Position numbers and translations under genes: made by a program | Shown here: piece after piece, positions 36,354 to 47,800 of the stretch | Numbering within the stretch: position 1 is the first letter of the stretch | Layout: the number at the start of each line of letters is the position of its first letter | Assembly: GCA_000002445.1 (NCBI GenBank) | Contig: CH464491.1 | Coordinates: 1,568,001-1,632,000, forward strand | Direction: 5' to 3' | DNA: 64,000 nucleotides | From: Trypanosoma brucei | Taxonomy: Eukaryota | Notes under the pieces: model-generated | What the model was told of the DNA's origin: nothing | The model's database searches: none | Seen by the model: the letters and a program-made list of their open reading frames with translations, nothing else

Positions 36354-39110
36354 ATGGTGCGGTCCCAGTCTCGACCATTCAGCTCAGGGAAGCGAGGTGT
36401 CGGACAACAACAGCAGCAGCAGCAACAGAAGCAGCAACAGCAACAAAAACAACAGGTCCAACCTCAGAAGCAGCAACAACAACAACATCAAGAGCAACAG
36501 CAACAGCAACGGCAACAGCAACCGACGCTGACTGAGCAGAAGGACAAAGTAGTGGCACTTAGTTCCTCGTCTAGTGATGTTTCCGTGAGTGCGGTCACTG
36601 AGTACAAAACCGGAGAGGAAACGGCATCGTCCCCGCAACCCTCTCCAGGGATAGTAAATCACGCAGAAGGACCACAAAATTGGCGGGAACAACTCTTTCT
36701 GCGTAACTTTCCAACAGGTGAGACGGCACAACAACATGCGAAGGGGCACTCTCCTAAGAGAAGGAAGAGTGCGAACAGTTTCTCCACTATCGGTAGAAGA
36801 GGTTCGTTTGTGCTGAGTCATACCGTTACACCTCGTAAAAAGCCTTTAGAGTCTCAAGAAGAACAGCTTGAGACATATCGGTCACTGCAGGATCGGCAGT
36901 TCGTCTCGGTCCACGAGGAGCTGCAGCACCTTCGGGTCATGTACACCAATTTGCAGAAGGTGGTTTCGCGAAAAAATGAAGAAATTGAAAAACTACATCA
37001 GGAGGTGCTCACTAAGACGAAAGAGATTGAGCGGTTAACCGGGCTGGTTGACAAATTGAGCAAACGCCGGGGTAATTCCACTGGCTCAGCCTTAGATGAA
37101 GGTAGAGCAGCAAGTGCACGAGGGAGTAGGCCTAGTTTCTCGCCATCACTGGCGCTCTATGCAAAGGGCGCATCGGAGGACAAGCTCAGTAATAAGGTCA
37201 ACGGGGCAGGCGGGGCCCCAGCCAAGATGTTGTTGGAACTCCGCCAAAATGTTGCATCTCGCGACACAATTATTGATAATCTCCGTATGGAGCTCCACTC
37301 AGCACAGCATGAAAAGAAGGAATCAGAAAGTAAAGCAAATAAACTGGGGACCGAGTTGGAAGACGCGAAGGCACAAGTTACCAAACTTCGATCTGATTTA
37401 ACTACGCGGGACGCTGTCATTGAGGATATGCAGAGGCGCCTTGTGTCCTTACCTGAAACAACCGTGGGTTCTAGTTCTCAGGGGCTTTACAGGACCCCCA
37501 ACAGTAGCAACAATTCAGGTCCACCAACGAAACAACCGATGCTTCACGAACTTGGCGGAAACTGCCTTGCTTCCAATGGTGCCTTGGAGCACATGCGTCA
37601 CGATTCGCAGCAGTTGGGTGGTGCCGGTACCTTACCCTACAAATCAGCGTTGTGTCCGGGGACCCAACATCAGGATTTGGAAAGTGCCTTTCGACTGGAG
37701 TTAGAACACCTCCGGCGATGCTTAGAGCGCGAGAAGGACACGAATAGTGAGTTGGAGAAACACTGGCGTCGACGGCAGGAAGTTGAAAAAAGGATGGCGG
37801 AAGTAGAGCTCAACACGGCGCGCGCAGAGGCCGAGGCGTTTAGACGTGAGCTAACACGACTTCAGCAACAACAAGCTATGTCCAATTTCGCAGAGAATCA
37901 GTTGCAAACAGCACGCAGTGAAAACGACGTTCTGCAGCAGCGCGTACAAGAACTTAGAGAGGAAAACGCAGCGCAAGCCTCACGTGAGATGGAACTTCGA
38001 AACAATGTGCGGTTGCTTCGTGAGACGTGCGAGCGGCATGAAGAGGAGGTGGAGACGCTTCACCGTCGAATGAAGGTGATGAAGGACAATGAAATTCGTT
38101 TACAGGAAGATATAGACATACTGGAAGAAAAGCTTTCGCGTGCAGAAAGAATGCGTGCAGCGGAGCAAAACGGAAACAACTCCCTCTCTTGTGACATTGG
38201 CAGTTACGTTTCACTAATGTCATTAAATGAAAAACTTCAGCGAAGAACAGAGGAGCTGGAAGAGCAAATTCGTAAAATGGAAGAGTGCCATGCAGCAACA
38301 CCCCACGATGATTTTAAAAAGGAATGTGGCCAGGAACATGTGTTTACAACGCCTGATGTGGAAGCTGGTGCGATTGGAGGAATATCGCCGGCAAGTTTAG
38401 ACTCTCAAGGAGGGGTTATTGAATTCCTCACGCCACCGGTTTCAACCGGTGGTGGGGACGCGGCAGCATGCTCCACGCACGAAGCAGGAGATTCAATGAT
38501 TTGCAACGGTCAAGCAGTAGGTGGCTCGAGGAAGTCGGTGAATAACCTTCCACTCGAGGTGAAAGAAACTACTGACGTTTCCACTGTGGTGCAGCAGCTG
38601 CAGGACGAGCTGCAAGGTGTCCGCGATCGACTTCGGGTAACTGAATCTGAACTCGCGATGCTGCGGGAAAAGCAGGCGCTAAGTGAGGAACGTGTACGGG
38701 AAACAGTGAAGCGGAAGGTTACATCCCTTCGTGCTGCCAGAGAGGAAGCAGCTCGCTGCTGGGAAATGTTGAGGCAGCAAGAAGTTTTAGTCAAGAGATT
38801 GCAGAAACAATGTGAGTATCAGCGGGAGATAATAGAATCTCGTGATCCGCCGTTGTTAGGACCGATGCGGCTATCAACACAAGCCTCGGCTCCAACGGTA
38901 TGCGCACCAACTACGTGCATTGAGACAAAGGATGGTAATACTGCGAATGAAACGTCACGGGAGGACAAGTTAATAGAGGAGGCACTGCGTTGGGAATCAA
39001 TGAGGTTGGATGAGGAGATGAAGTTGCTTCGTCAGAAACTTCGCCGGACCGTAGAGGAGCGTGACCACTGGAAGAATTTGGCAACTGGAAATAGCGGGGA
39101 AATCATTTGA
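36354..39110 (+). CDS. Coiled-coil protein with N-terminal polyglutamine tract (hypothetical)
   Basis: Track start 36324 is GTG; first ATG 36354 (MVRSQSRPFSS). About 40 Gln out of 55 residues encoded by mixed CAG/CAA at 36405-36522. Long heptad-like coiled-coil stretches follow (EELQHLRVMYTNLQKVVSRKNEEIEKLHQEVLTKTKEIERL...; ...LQQRVQELREENAAQASREMELRNNVRLLRETCERHEEEVETLHRRMKVM...). Confidence 0.6.
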   Translation: MVRSQSRPFSSGKRGVGQQQQQQQQKQQQQQKQQVQPQKQQQQQHQEQQQQQRQQQPTLTEQKDKVVALSSSSSDVSVSAVTEYKTGEETASSPQPSPGIVNHAEGPQNWREQLFLRNFPTGETAQQHAKGHSPKRRKSANSFSTIGRRGSFVLSHTVTPRKKPLESQEEQLETYRSLQDRQFVSVHEELQHLRVMYTNLQKVVSRKNEEIEKLHQEVLTKTKEIERLTGLVDKLSKRRGNSTGSALDEGRAASARGSRPSFSPSLALYAKGASEDKLSNKVNGAGGAPAKMLLELRQNVASRDTIIDNLRMELHSAQHEKKESESKANKLGTELEDAKAQVTKLRSDLTTRDAVIEDMQRRLVSLPETTVGSSSQGLYRTPNSSNNSGPPTKQPMLHELGGNCLASNGALEHMRHDSQQLGGAGTLPYKSALCPGTQHQDLESAFRLELEHLRRCLEREKDTNSELEKHWRRRQEVEKRMAEVELNTARAEAEAFRRELTRLQQQQAMSNFAENQLQTARSENDVLQQRVQELREENAAQASREMELRNNVRLLRETCERHEEEVETLHRRMKVMKDNEIRLQEDIDILEEKLSRAERMRAAEQNGNNSLSCDIGSYVSLMSLNEKLQRRTEELEEQIRKMEECHAATPHDDFKKECGQEHVFTTPDVEAGAIGGISPASLDSQGGVIEFLTPPVSTGGGDAAACSTHEAGDSMICNGQAVGGSRKSVNNLPLEVKETTDVSTVVQQLQDELQGVRDRLRVTESELAMLREKQALSEERVRETVKRKVTSLRAAREEAARCWEMLRQQEVLVKRLQKQCEYQREIIESRDPPLLGPMRLSTQASAPTVCAPTTCIETKDGNTANETSREDKLIEEALRWESMRLDEEMKLLRQKLRRTVEERDHWKNLATGNSGEII
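36405..36522 (+). repeat. Coding CAG/CAA trinucleotide repeat (polyglutamine)
   Basis: caacaacagcagcagcagcaacagaagcagcaacagcaacaa...caacagcaacagcaacggcaacagcaa within CDS 36354..39110. Mixed CAG/CAA with occasional AAG/CGG/CAT interruptions. Confidence 0.9.
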
Positions 39111-40219
39111 TATCGTGCATCCGTTGTACTATACAGTTGTATACGTTTAAATAACATTCTTGTTCACGTTTCCAATTGCTTTTTTGTTTACTTACGCAAC
39201 AGTGTGACTACAGGTGCTAAGGAGGGGACACGTCAGCGTGCATAGACAAATACAACAAATTTATGCTCCCATATCGGAATGTGGTATGGTGCTCGCAGCG
39301 TATGACAATTACTGGAATCGCGAGTCTTTAAGGGATCGCTACTCCTTGCCGTTAACATCATAACACTTGCACAGCACAAAAGGTGATGTTGGAGATGACT
39401 GAGCACAGTCATGCCGTAGCTCACATTGCATTTATGTGAAAAAGTGCTCTACGGTTTATTCCATAATCTCCAGTGGGTACCGTTTACTTCTACAAATCAC
39501 TTCGGTGTTGTTCTTTTTTCGCTTACGACTCTCAAAGCTTCGGAAAGCACTCTCGTTTTCATCTACGAATCTTCTTTCCTTCCCCAATTCATATCGCCCG
39601 AGATGTATCTTTTTTTTTTACAGATGGGAAGGTGAAAAATGTTTTCTTGTGTGAAAAAAAAAATAATATTAGAGCATGAAGTCTTGATTTAGGGGTTATG
39701 TGCACAAGGTTAAAAGACACGCTTGTTTCCAAGTCATTTGAAGCGATGCACCCCACCAAGTACCGTGGTGTTTCCTACGGTAAAGTCCCCTTGTGACATA
39801 TGCAAGAAATGTAATCGGCATGTGAGGATCACTACTGCTGCGCGGTTTTTTTTTTTGGTTGGTTGCTGACTGCTTACCTAACTGAGACTGCGCCACTTTT
39901 ACTGTGTGAGAGAGAGAAAATGTACAACTTTTCCCTCGAGACCTATGCTACCATTGTTGAATAATTATTTTTGCTTTTGTCATGACGATATGGTAGTGCT
40001 TGATGTTGCTCTCGCTCGTTATTAATCACCATCCGAGTGATTTACGAATGCCCCAACAGCTCGTCAACGACGTGCAGCTTTTTTCCTCTCAACCATTGTA
40101 ATGCAGTAGTTGTGAGGGAGTTTATATAGTCATATTATTATTTTACACACGCCGTAGCGTTAAGGGGTGGGTGAGGGACGAGGGGCGAATACGACAATCG
40201 TCATATTGTTGGAACTGTG

Positions 40220-41215
40220 ATGTTCCCCCCGGTGTTCAACATGTGGAGGAGAGTGAGGTTTTCTCTAGAAGGCCCCGTCTCATTGTTTACGCGACGTCGC
40301 CGTCACATGATGCTTAGCAGTAATAATGTAACGAGCAAACGGCTTTTGTGGAACCCATTCACCCCTTCACAAACTGAGGGAGGCGCGGCGTCCGCGTCCA
40401 CAAGCGGTACGAGTGGTAACAGTGACTTTGCCAACCAGCATATCGCTGCGAAAGTGCATCGCGATGCCATGCTTCATAACGAAAGACTGTTCGACGCTTG
40501 CCTGGAGTTACTGTCGTTGTGCGGTGCAAGTGCATCTGCTTGTCCAGCAGGAGGGTCTCCCCGTGCCGAAATGGACGCCGAGTCAACTGATGCAATCATG
40601 GCCGTCGTACATGATACGCTACAGGGCACTTGTAAAACGCCTGCAGACCAATTTAACATTGTGTACAAAGCACTTTGCCTCCCAACTGTCGCTAATAATC
40701 GGCAACTGCAGCGCAGTCTTTTGGTGGTTTTGGAGGCCGTCCTTCCTGAGGCGCTTTTCCGTGTTTTTGAAAGTGCTGATCTATTTGTTGTTGGCCCAGA
40801 CAATGCAAAATCTCGTGAAGCGCTCGTTCTATTCGTCAGAGCCCTCCTCGGTGTAGTAGAGGTCCCTGAGGGTGTCGAAAGAGAGGAAGTTGTTTTTGTC
40901 TACCTCGACGACGTACGTACGGCATTTCCTTCACTTCGCACAAACGCTGCCTTTGTGGAACTGGAAAAAAACACCACAGCGATAGCTTTGCGGGCCAAAT
41001 TATTCGACCTTATTTCACAACTGTGTGCGGAATTTGATCCAGAGGGTAGCGGACGTATTAACTTGCGTGAACTGCAGCAGGTAGCCGAACGGGTTTTGGG
41101 GCCAGAGCAGGCACAACTGCTCCTTGAAGGAACCTGTGCGGATAAGAACGGCAAAATACGTTACATGCAACTCGCTTCGCTACTCCTGCGCGCTCCTCCA
41201 CGCCGAAAGCGATAA
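40220..41215 (+). CDS. Hypothetical protein with C-terminal EF-hand-like loops (possible Ca-binding), presequence-like N-terminus
   Basis: Track start 40217 is GTG; ATG at 40220 (MFPPVFNMWRRVRFSL...TRRRRHMMLS, basic and hydroxylated, acid-free). C-terminal EFDPEGSGRINLRELQQV approximates the EF-hand loop consensus D-x-[DNS]-x-[DNS]-G-x-I-x-x-x-E. A second weaker loop is CADKNGKIRYMQL. Confidence 0.5.
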   Translation: MFPPVFNMWRRVRFSLEGPVSLFTRRRRHMMLSSNNVTSKRLLWNPFTPSQTEGGAASASTSGTSGNSDFANQHIAAKVHRDAMLHNERLFDACLELLSLCGASASACPAGGSPRAEMDAESTDAIMAVVHDTLQGTCKTPADQFNIVYKALCLPTVANNRQLQRSLLVVLEAVLPEALFRVFESADLFVVGPDNAKSREALVLFVRALLGVVEVPEGVEREEVVFVYLDDVRTAFPSLRTNAAFVELEKNTTAIALRAKLFDLISQLCAEFDPEGSGRINLRELQQVAERVLGPEQAQLLLEGTCADKNGKIRYMQLASLLLRAPPRRKR

Positions 41216-41855
41216 CCATCGAACTGGAGGTTGTCTAACTCTGTATCCCTTGTGTTTGAATCACTTTCTACGCCAGTTGTTACTTTGTGTTACCGTTAGA
41301 TCGGGATCCCTTCGCCTGTATACATGGCGCGTTGTATTTTCTATCATTTATCGATAAAGTGCTTACGAATAATTTTCTTTACCCCTTTCCATTGTATCCG
41401 GTATTTCACCGCTAGATAAAAACGGTTCCCCACAATTTTTGTTGGCAATATTATTCTCGCTGCTGTTCTCTTTTTCTCAAACATTGAGCACAGAACGGGT
41501 GTCAAGAAACACTCGCCCCATATTTTCCCCCTTTAGGCAGACGTCACACACACATTAAACGCACACACGAGTTACGTGGCGCGTTGTGTGCACTGCGTTG
41601 TGCACAATTCACCGGTTGAAAAGGCACTCCGGTTCGTAATTGACGAAGGCATCGGTGACTGAGAGGCTCACCTTCGCCCGTTTGTTTTTCTGCAAAAGTA
41701 TTACCATTCTGTGGTTAACGAGACGAGGCGCTGAGTGCGTCAAGGCACGAGTGTCATATTTGCTAGTGTGGTAGAGTGGTTAAGCAGGTTCATACGGATA
41801 TAGAAGAAATATAGAAGCGGTAGAGGTGAATCCAGCCTATAGGTGGATATCGTAA

Positions 41856-44800
41856 ATGTTTGAGAGTCTGTACGAACTCTTTTCGACGTCTCCAGGTAGA
41901 ACACCCTCCAATGTAGTTTGCAACAATGAGATGCCACCAGCGTTAATTGTGGTCATGCTTAAAGCTGATGAGCAGCGGTCACACACTTCACAGTCGGAGG
42001 GAGAGGGACGGAGGTTGTTGAACGGTTTGATGGCCGCCTACCCATCGTCCAATTACATGTTTGTTATCGATGCTGCAGAAAGTACTTCGGAGGTGTTTGC
42101 AGCGGTAACTGGAGAGTACAACTTGCTTCGTGAACTTTCTCCAAAATTCTGCTACGTGGTGTTTGCGGCACTTCGGGACCCCGAAGTGGTTGTTCCTTGC
42201 ACCAGCGTGTTTAACCCGGCGTGGGTCGGTGAGTTGCGTCGGATGTTGGATGGTTTACGTAACCCTCGTCACATGGTGGCAGAGTTACTGCTGCGTAAGG
42301 AATTGTGCATGCAGTTGGAGGGGCTTCTTCGGTTTACGGCGGAATGTCGATGGATAGGCGATGAATCGCTTTCTGCAAAACTTTCACGCCTGGTGGATTC
42401 CCGTGTCACTGATTTGAGCAGTAGTAAGAATTACTCCATGCCTTCCTGCGGAGGGCTGCAGGTTAGCTGTATTTCCATGCTCAAGGAAGATGAAGAAGCG
42501 GGTTCCCCTCCGCTAGTCCTCCAAACCGGGATTCGCATACGAGGCGTTGTACCCGACTTAACTAGGTCGTTAAGACTGTCAGACTGCAATGAACAAGAAT
42601 ATAGTCCCCCACTACTGCTCGTCGTTCTGCACGCAGGGGAATCTATTAGGGAAAATATCGTGGATGGCAGCGTTGGGCGGGATTCGTCGGTGCAGGAATT
42701 GGATTGCTTGTTACAGCAGTTAAGTTCTAGTGATGAAGTTTTTGTGTCGCTTGGTGGCTATGTGGTCGTTCCCCTATGCTCTGCCGCCGCGGCGAGGAAG
42801 CAGTGGCTCGATACAAAAGAGGTTCTGACAAGAAGGGTAACGTATGATGGTGCTGACTCCCATGCTCTAATTCGGGAAATGTTGACTCAGGCACTTCTCC
42901 CTTTGAGGAAATGGCACAGAAAGCATCACACTCCTGCGGAAGATGAAAAATCAAGTTCCCCAAGGAGCAGGGTAGCAATATTGTTTTACACACCTCAAGA
43001 ACCGTGTTCTGTGCACCAGTGTGTGCATTCGATTGTTCGTGAACAACTCGCTTTCCTTCAGGTGCCACTATTTTGTATCACAACTCCGGTTGGCGTTGAT
43101 ACCGCTTACAAACTACTAGATATCAGCAGTACGAGTGGTGAGCGTTGTATTTGCACCCTTGAAGCAAGTTGCACCGCCAATGTCAACCACGATAGCGAGT
43201 GTGGTGGTAAGGGTCAAGCGTGTTACGGGGTGCTGGGATCATCCACAGGTGAGCGAGTCGCCCAGGCGGCACTAACAGCAATTCGTAGCGTCACTCACCT
43301 TGGTGTTTCTGTCACCGTGCATTCTATCGACAACTCAAAAGAAGACACACGCTTCGAAGTTGGTGACCTACGCCAGGGTTTGGACACCACGGTGCTTATC
43401 TCTCGACCGGTGCAGAACCCGGATCGGGGGGCGTCTGCGAAGCACCAACTTACAATATTAGCTTATTCTGTTGATAAGAGCAGGTATGACATTGTACGTT
43501 TCATGCCTTCAGAAACTGTGAAAGAGGTGCCTTCCTCTGAGCACTCATGGTGGAGCCAGCTTCAAATTGCCGGGAGGTTGCTGAAATCCATGCCTTCCAA
43601 AGCACCCCCAAGTGTCTCACAGCTTGGAAACACTTTGATGCAACATTCTGAGGAGGTGCCATCTCTTGGGGGACTGGCCGAACAACAGCACAAGCTGGTC
43701 GAGTGGCTTCTCTCCAACTACGGTACACAAGAACTGGAGGGCACACCTTATACATTGGTGATTGGATGGTGCCCGTCCCCTTATATGGGCAACGGAAGCA
43801 CCGAAGAGGAGGACGGGTGGCCAACTAGTAGTGGGTACCTTTCAGCGTCTCCATGCATAGCGGACCCTTTGGTAGAGCTTCGGTGGACAAACTTTCCCTT
43901 CTGCGACGGCGCGCCGGTAACGACAATATCAGCGATCATAAGTCGAACGTTTCCCTTTGAGGCACTTGTGGAGAGTACTGCTTCCAACTCGCTCGCGCTT
44001 GAAACGCTGAGAAACGACTCTGCCGAAATCCGTCTCGCGTCCATGAAACACATCCCTGAACTGAGGGAGGCGCGGGCGCGCATCGTTGCATTTCTTAGCG
44101 TGGATACGTCGACTGGTGCCATGTCGCTACAACAGCTTGTGCCAGCGAAGACGGAAGACGATGTCAAAGGTGGTATGTTGCACACCTTTAGGTCACTTCG
44201 GTTACATCAAATGTACTGTGTGGTGCACCTCGCACTGCGATGTTCGCTTGACTCGTCGTTCTTCATGCAAAATGATGTTATCATTGCAGATGGTATTACA
44301 TTTATAACCCCAAGAGCAAGCGTACACGATGTAAGAGTTACTACCGTAACTCACTGCAGGGCAGATGTGGAGTGGAAGGGGACAGCAACATCTGTGAGAA
44401 TAGAATGTAAACCCATGAAATGGATCTCAACTCAAAAAAATAGTGAGCGGTCACCCGGCGGAATATCCGATGTAACAGATAGTGAAGTGGTTGGAGCAGA
44501 CGGTGCCACCACAATTGTAGAGTACTCTTGCGACGGGTTCCAAGCCGCGGTCGCGGGGCTACAACCCTTCACGCTATATCACCTGCGTGTGACGCCCATT
44601 GGGGATTCAACCCACGGTGCGATGATTAGGGAGAAACTGGAGGAAGGGGAAGCGTACTTTGCTACGTGTGTAGATGCAGGCGTCATCGATACCCTTAGCG
44701 TAGAATCCATCGTGCCAGATAGTGAGACACTGAAACTAACAGTTGCTCATCCCGTCCTTTGCAAAACAGCCGCCATTAGTCGCACACGCTCACTGGTACT

Positions 44801-47800
44801 CACAATAACTCCCACCATGTCAATGAGCAACTCTCTGGACAAAGAAAAGCCACTTCAAATGAGACGTAGGAAATTTTCTGAGGGCGAAAGCGTGGTGACA
44901 ACATTTACCTTACAGAAAGTGGAACGTGTACAAGTTTGCATTGAGTTCAACATGAAGTTGTGTTTCGGGCATGTTTACCTGGAAGAAACATCTAGTACCT
45001 GTAGTCACACGTGTGGTAGTGATGATAATGATGCGCAGTACATAGACGACAGTGGACAAGTGCGCGGCGTATGTGTGTGGTTTGCTAGGGGTGTGTCACC
45101 ATGGACAAAGGAGGTTGCGCTGTGTGGTAATAGCTCCCCCAGGTCGTTAAGTGCACCTCCCATGTGCTCATCGCCGACGCAACTTTTGGATGGCTACCGC
45201 ATCAGTCGTTCCGACACGCCGTTTGCTGAGATGCGTAGTGATTTCAAAGCTTCAAACGATCTTAAGGAACACTCCACAGAGGAGAATGTGGTGGTTACGG
45301 AAGGGAAGGAAGGATGTGGAGAAATGGAGTGGAGCGAGTCAAGTATTGTTTCAGTATCTCACGAAAAACGGTTATCAAAATATGTAGTGGATGACAGTGA
45401 CCCCAGCACCACCGGTGAAGCGACAAGGTCGTTGTATTGTGTCTTTTCGAAAGATCCCACATTCAGAGGAGTGCGTTTTTTAACGGACATGAGTTCTCAG
45501 GTGCTGTTAGCCAGTTTTGCTGTGGGTGGTAACAGTAGCGGATACATCTCGGCTGTGATCATGCCCCTAAATGTTTCAGTCGATAATCTTGACGGTGACA
45601 ACACCTCATTAAAAGTGAGTTACGCGCACGTTGATCGTGAGCGGCCGGTGACGGTAAAACTTGTTCAGCACCTCGAGCAACGGTACCAACGTGTCGGAAG
45701 AAAAACCATGCACTTATATGCTGTAACCGACGTTTGTTGCCGTAGCCGTGAGGAAGTGCTTGGGGTGAACGGTGTTAAAACTAAGAAAATGTTGCTTTCA
45801 TGGACCTGTGGCGCCCAACAGGAGGGGTCTTCTCTCTTCGTGCTTATAGGCAGCAAGAGATACAAACCGAAACCAAACAATACATTATTGATAGATTGCA
45901 ACGACACGCTCGTTGCAGCTCCTGTGTGCTTCTGTGGTTCTAACATCATCAAAGAAACATGTTCCATATACTTGGTTCCGCCACCTCCACCTTTATCGTC
46001 GCAATACTGCACAGTGAGGGCCGTAAAAGATGAAGCTTTGCATATTTTTATCACCGAGAAGTATTGCGTTCTATTGTATCGATGCCTTGCTTGTGTGAGT
46101 GATTTAATAATGGTGTTACTTCATGTGGGTGGTGACAACGCCACCGAACTTCCCTGTTCACAACAAAAATTGAGTGGTGGGGAAACGGGAGTACATCTGC
46201 AGGTACCGTTGGATGCAGTGGATCCGGAAAAAAACACAGTTGAGCTATGCGTCGAAGTTCGAGTTAGAAATTCTGCTTGTTGTATTGGGGACAACCCTTT
46301 AGTCTCGGATTGGAGGGATCGCACTGGTTTCGGCGGGAGTGGTAGCTCAAGTAGTTTGATCAGTACTAACATTTTGAAGGGGCGTCGTCAGCAACCTATT
46401 CTACTCATCCCGTGGAGCACCTCTGAATCTTTTGATGTACCTGTAGCATCCAGCACCTTGATCAAAAACCTTCAGGTGACCGAGCTCCACTCTACAAGAG
46501 CCAAATTATCGTGGACAACAGTTCCTTACAAGGAGACAGCGGACGAAAAACTTGGTGTGTTTTTGACGGTACAGTGTGCAGCGGCGGAGGGACATGTTAA
46601 GAAATACAAAGAATACGTCGTTTGCTCTGCACGATCTTTCCTTTTGCGCGGTCTCCTTCCTGCAACGCCATACCATGTCGAGTTGTCCCTGGACGGTGGA
46701 TGCCCACCCGGTCGTGTTGTATTTGTTACACCGCAGGATATGGAAGATAATGTGCTGCGCAAATTGATACCGTCAATTACGGCGGTGTGGGCATCACGAA
46801 GAGGAAGAAACTGGCAACACGTCATGAGGGCAGCTTGCGGGGGCACGGATGACGCGGAACAGCAGCGTTTCGTGCGTCTTCAATTGGATATTCCAAATGT
46901 GGAAAGCAAACACTGGACCGTATCCCCAAGTTCTGCACAAATTATAAAGGAGGAAATTAGCGGCTGTGGCACCTTGCGACTTGCAGTGACTGCCAAAGTC
47001 CAGGTACTACTTGTGGCCAAGTCGGGGAAGTTGCTGCAAATGTGGAGTACTGTAAGCGGGACCCAGAGCCAAACAGTGTCTTTTGCTTTTCCGATTTGTG
47101 GGGGAAATCCGGCTGCGAGTTGGCCTCATATTGAACTGAGAATGGACTCGTTTGCACAGTTTAGCCCAGCGGCAACGGAGGACGAAACAGGTGATGAAGT
47201 ATCCCCAAGCGTTGACCAAGACTCTTGGTCATTTAGTGAAAAAGACAAAATAAGTGACCTAAGAGCAGGCCACTTGGTTAGCCGGAAGCACCTCGGCGAT
47301 AGAACCAACTGTCCCTTTGCCAACAGCCATGTCACTGTGCACCTTGTTGGATGCCCTCAATTGATTAAGGTGGACGAAAACTGCTGTGTAGTTGAGTGGA
47401 GTGGTTCTTGTTCGGGTTACGCGATTCATTGGCGAGTTGGACCCTCGGGTGTCGTTAATACGGAACACATTGAGGCAGAGCGCAAACAAAAACCGAGCAT
47501 AACGGTTGATGTTTCAGCGTTGGATACGGTTGTGCTCCTTTTCTCTCTGCATGGGGCAGATTGTGCCTCCAACTGTGTACTCTTCGCTGTATTAGTCCCT
47601 CCAAAAGTCAGCAAGCAGATTGGCTGTTGTTGCGAAACGACACGAGGACTGTCCGTACCAACGTCACCTCGATGTTCCAACAAAGGATTGATAAAGGTGG
47701 ATTACACACGTGGGGGTCAACCCGGTTCTACCTTAACCGACGGTGAGTCTTTGGGACAGAACGGTGTAAGTGGTGTTAGCAGTGGACTTTGTTGCACTGC

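Noticed and set aside
36384-36821. 145-aa Leu-rich ORF on the - strand
   Set aside because: Antisense of the CAG/CAA polyQ tract (CTG/TTG gives Leu). Compositional artefact inside the polyQ coiled-coil gene.
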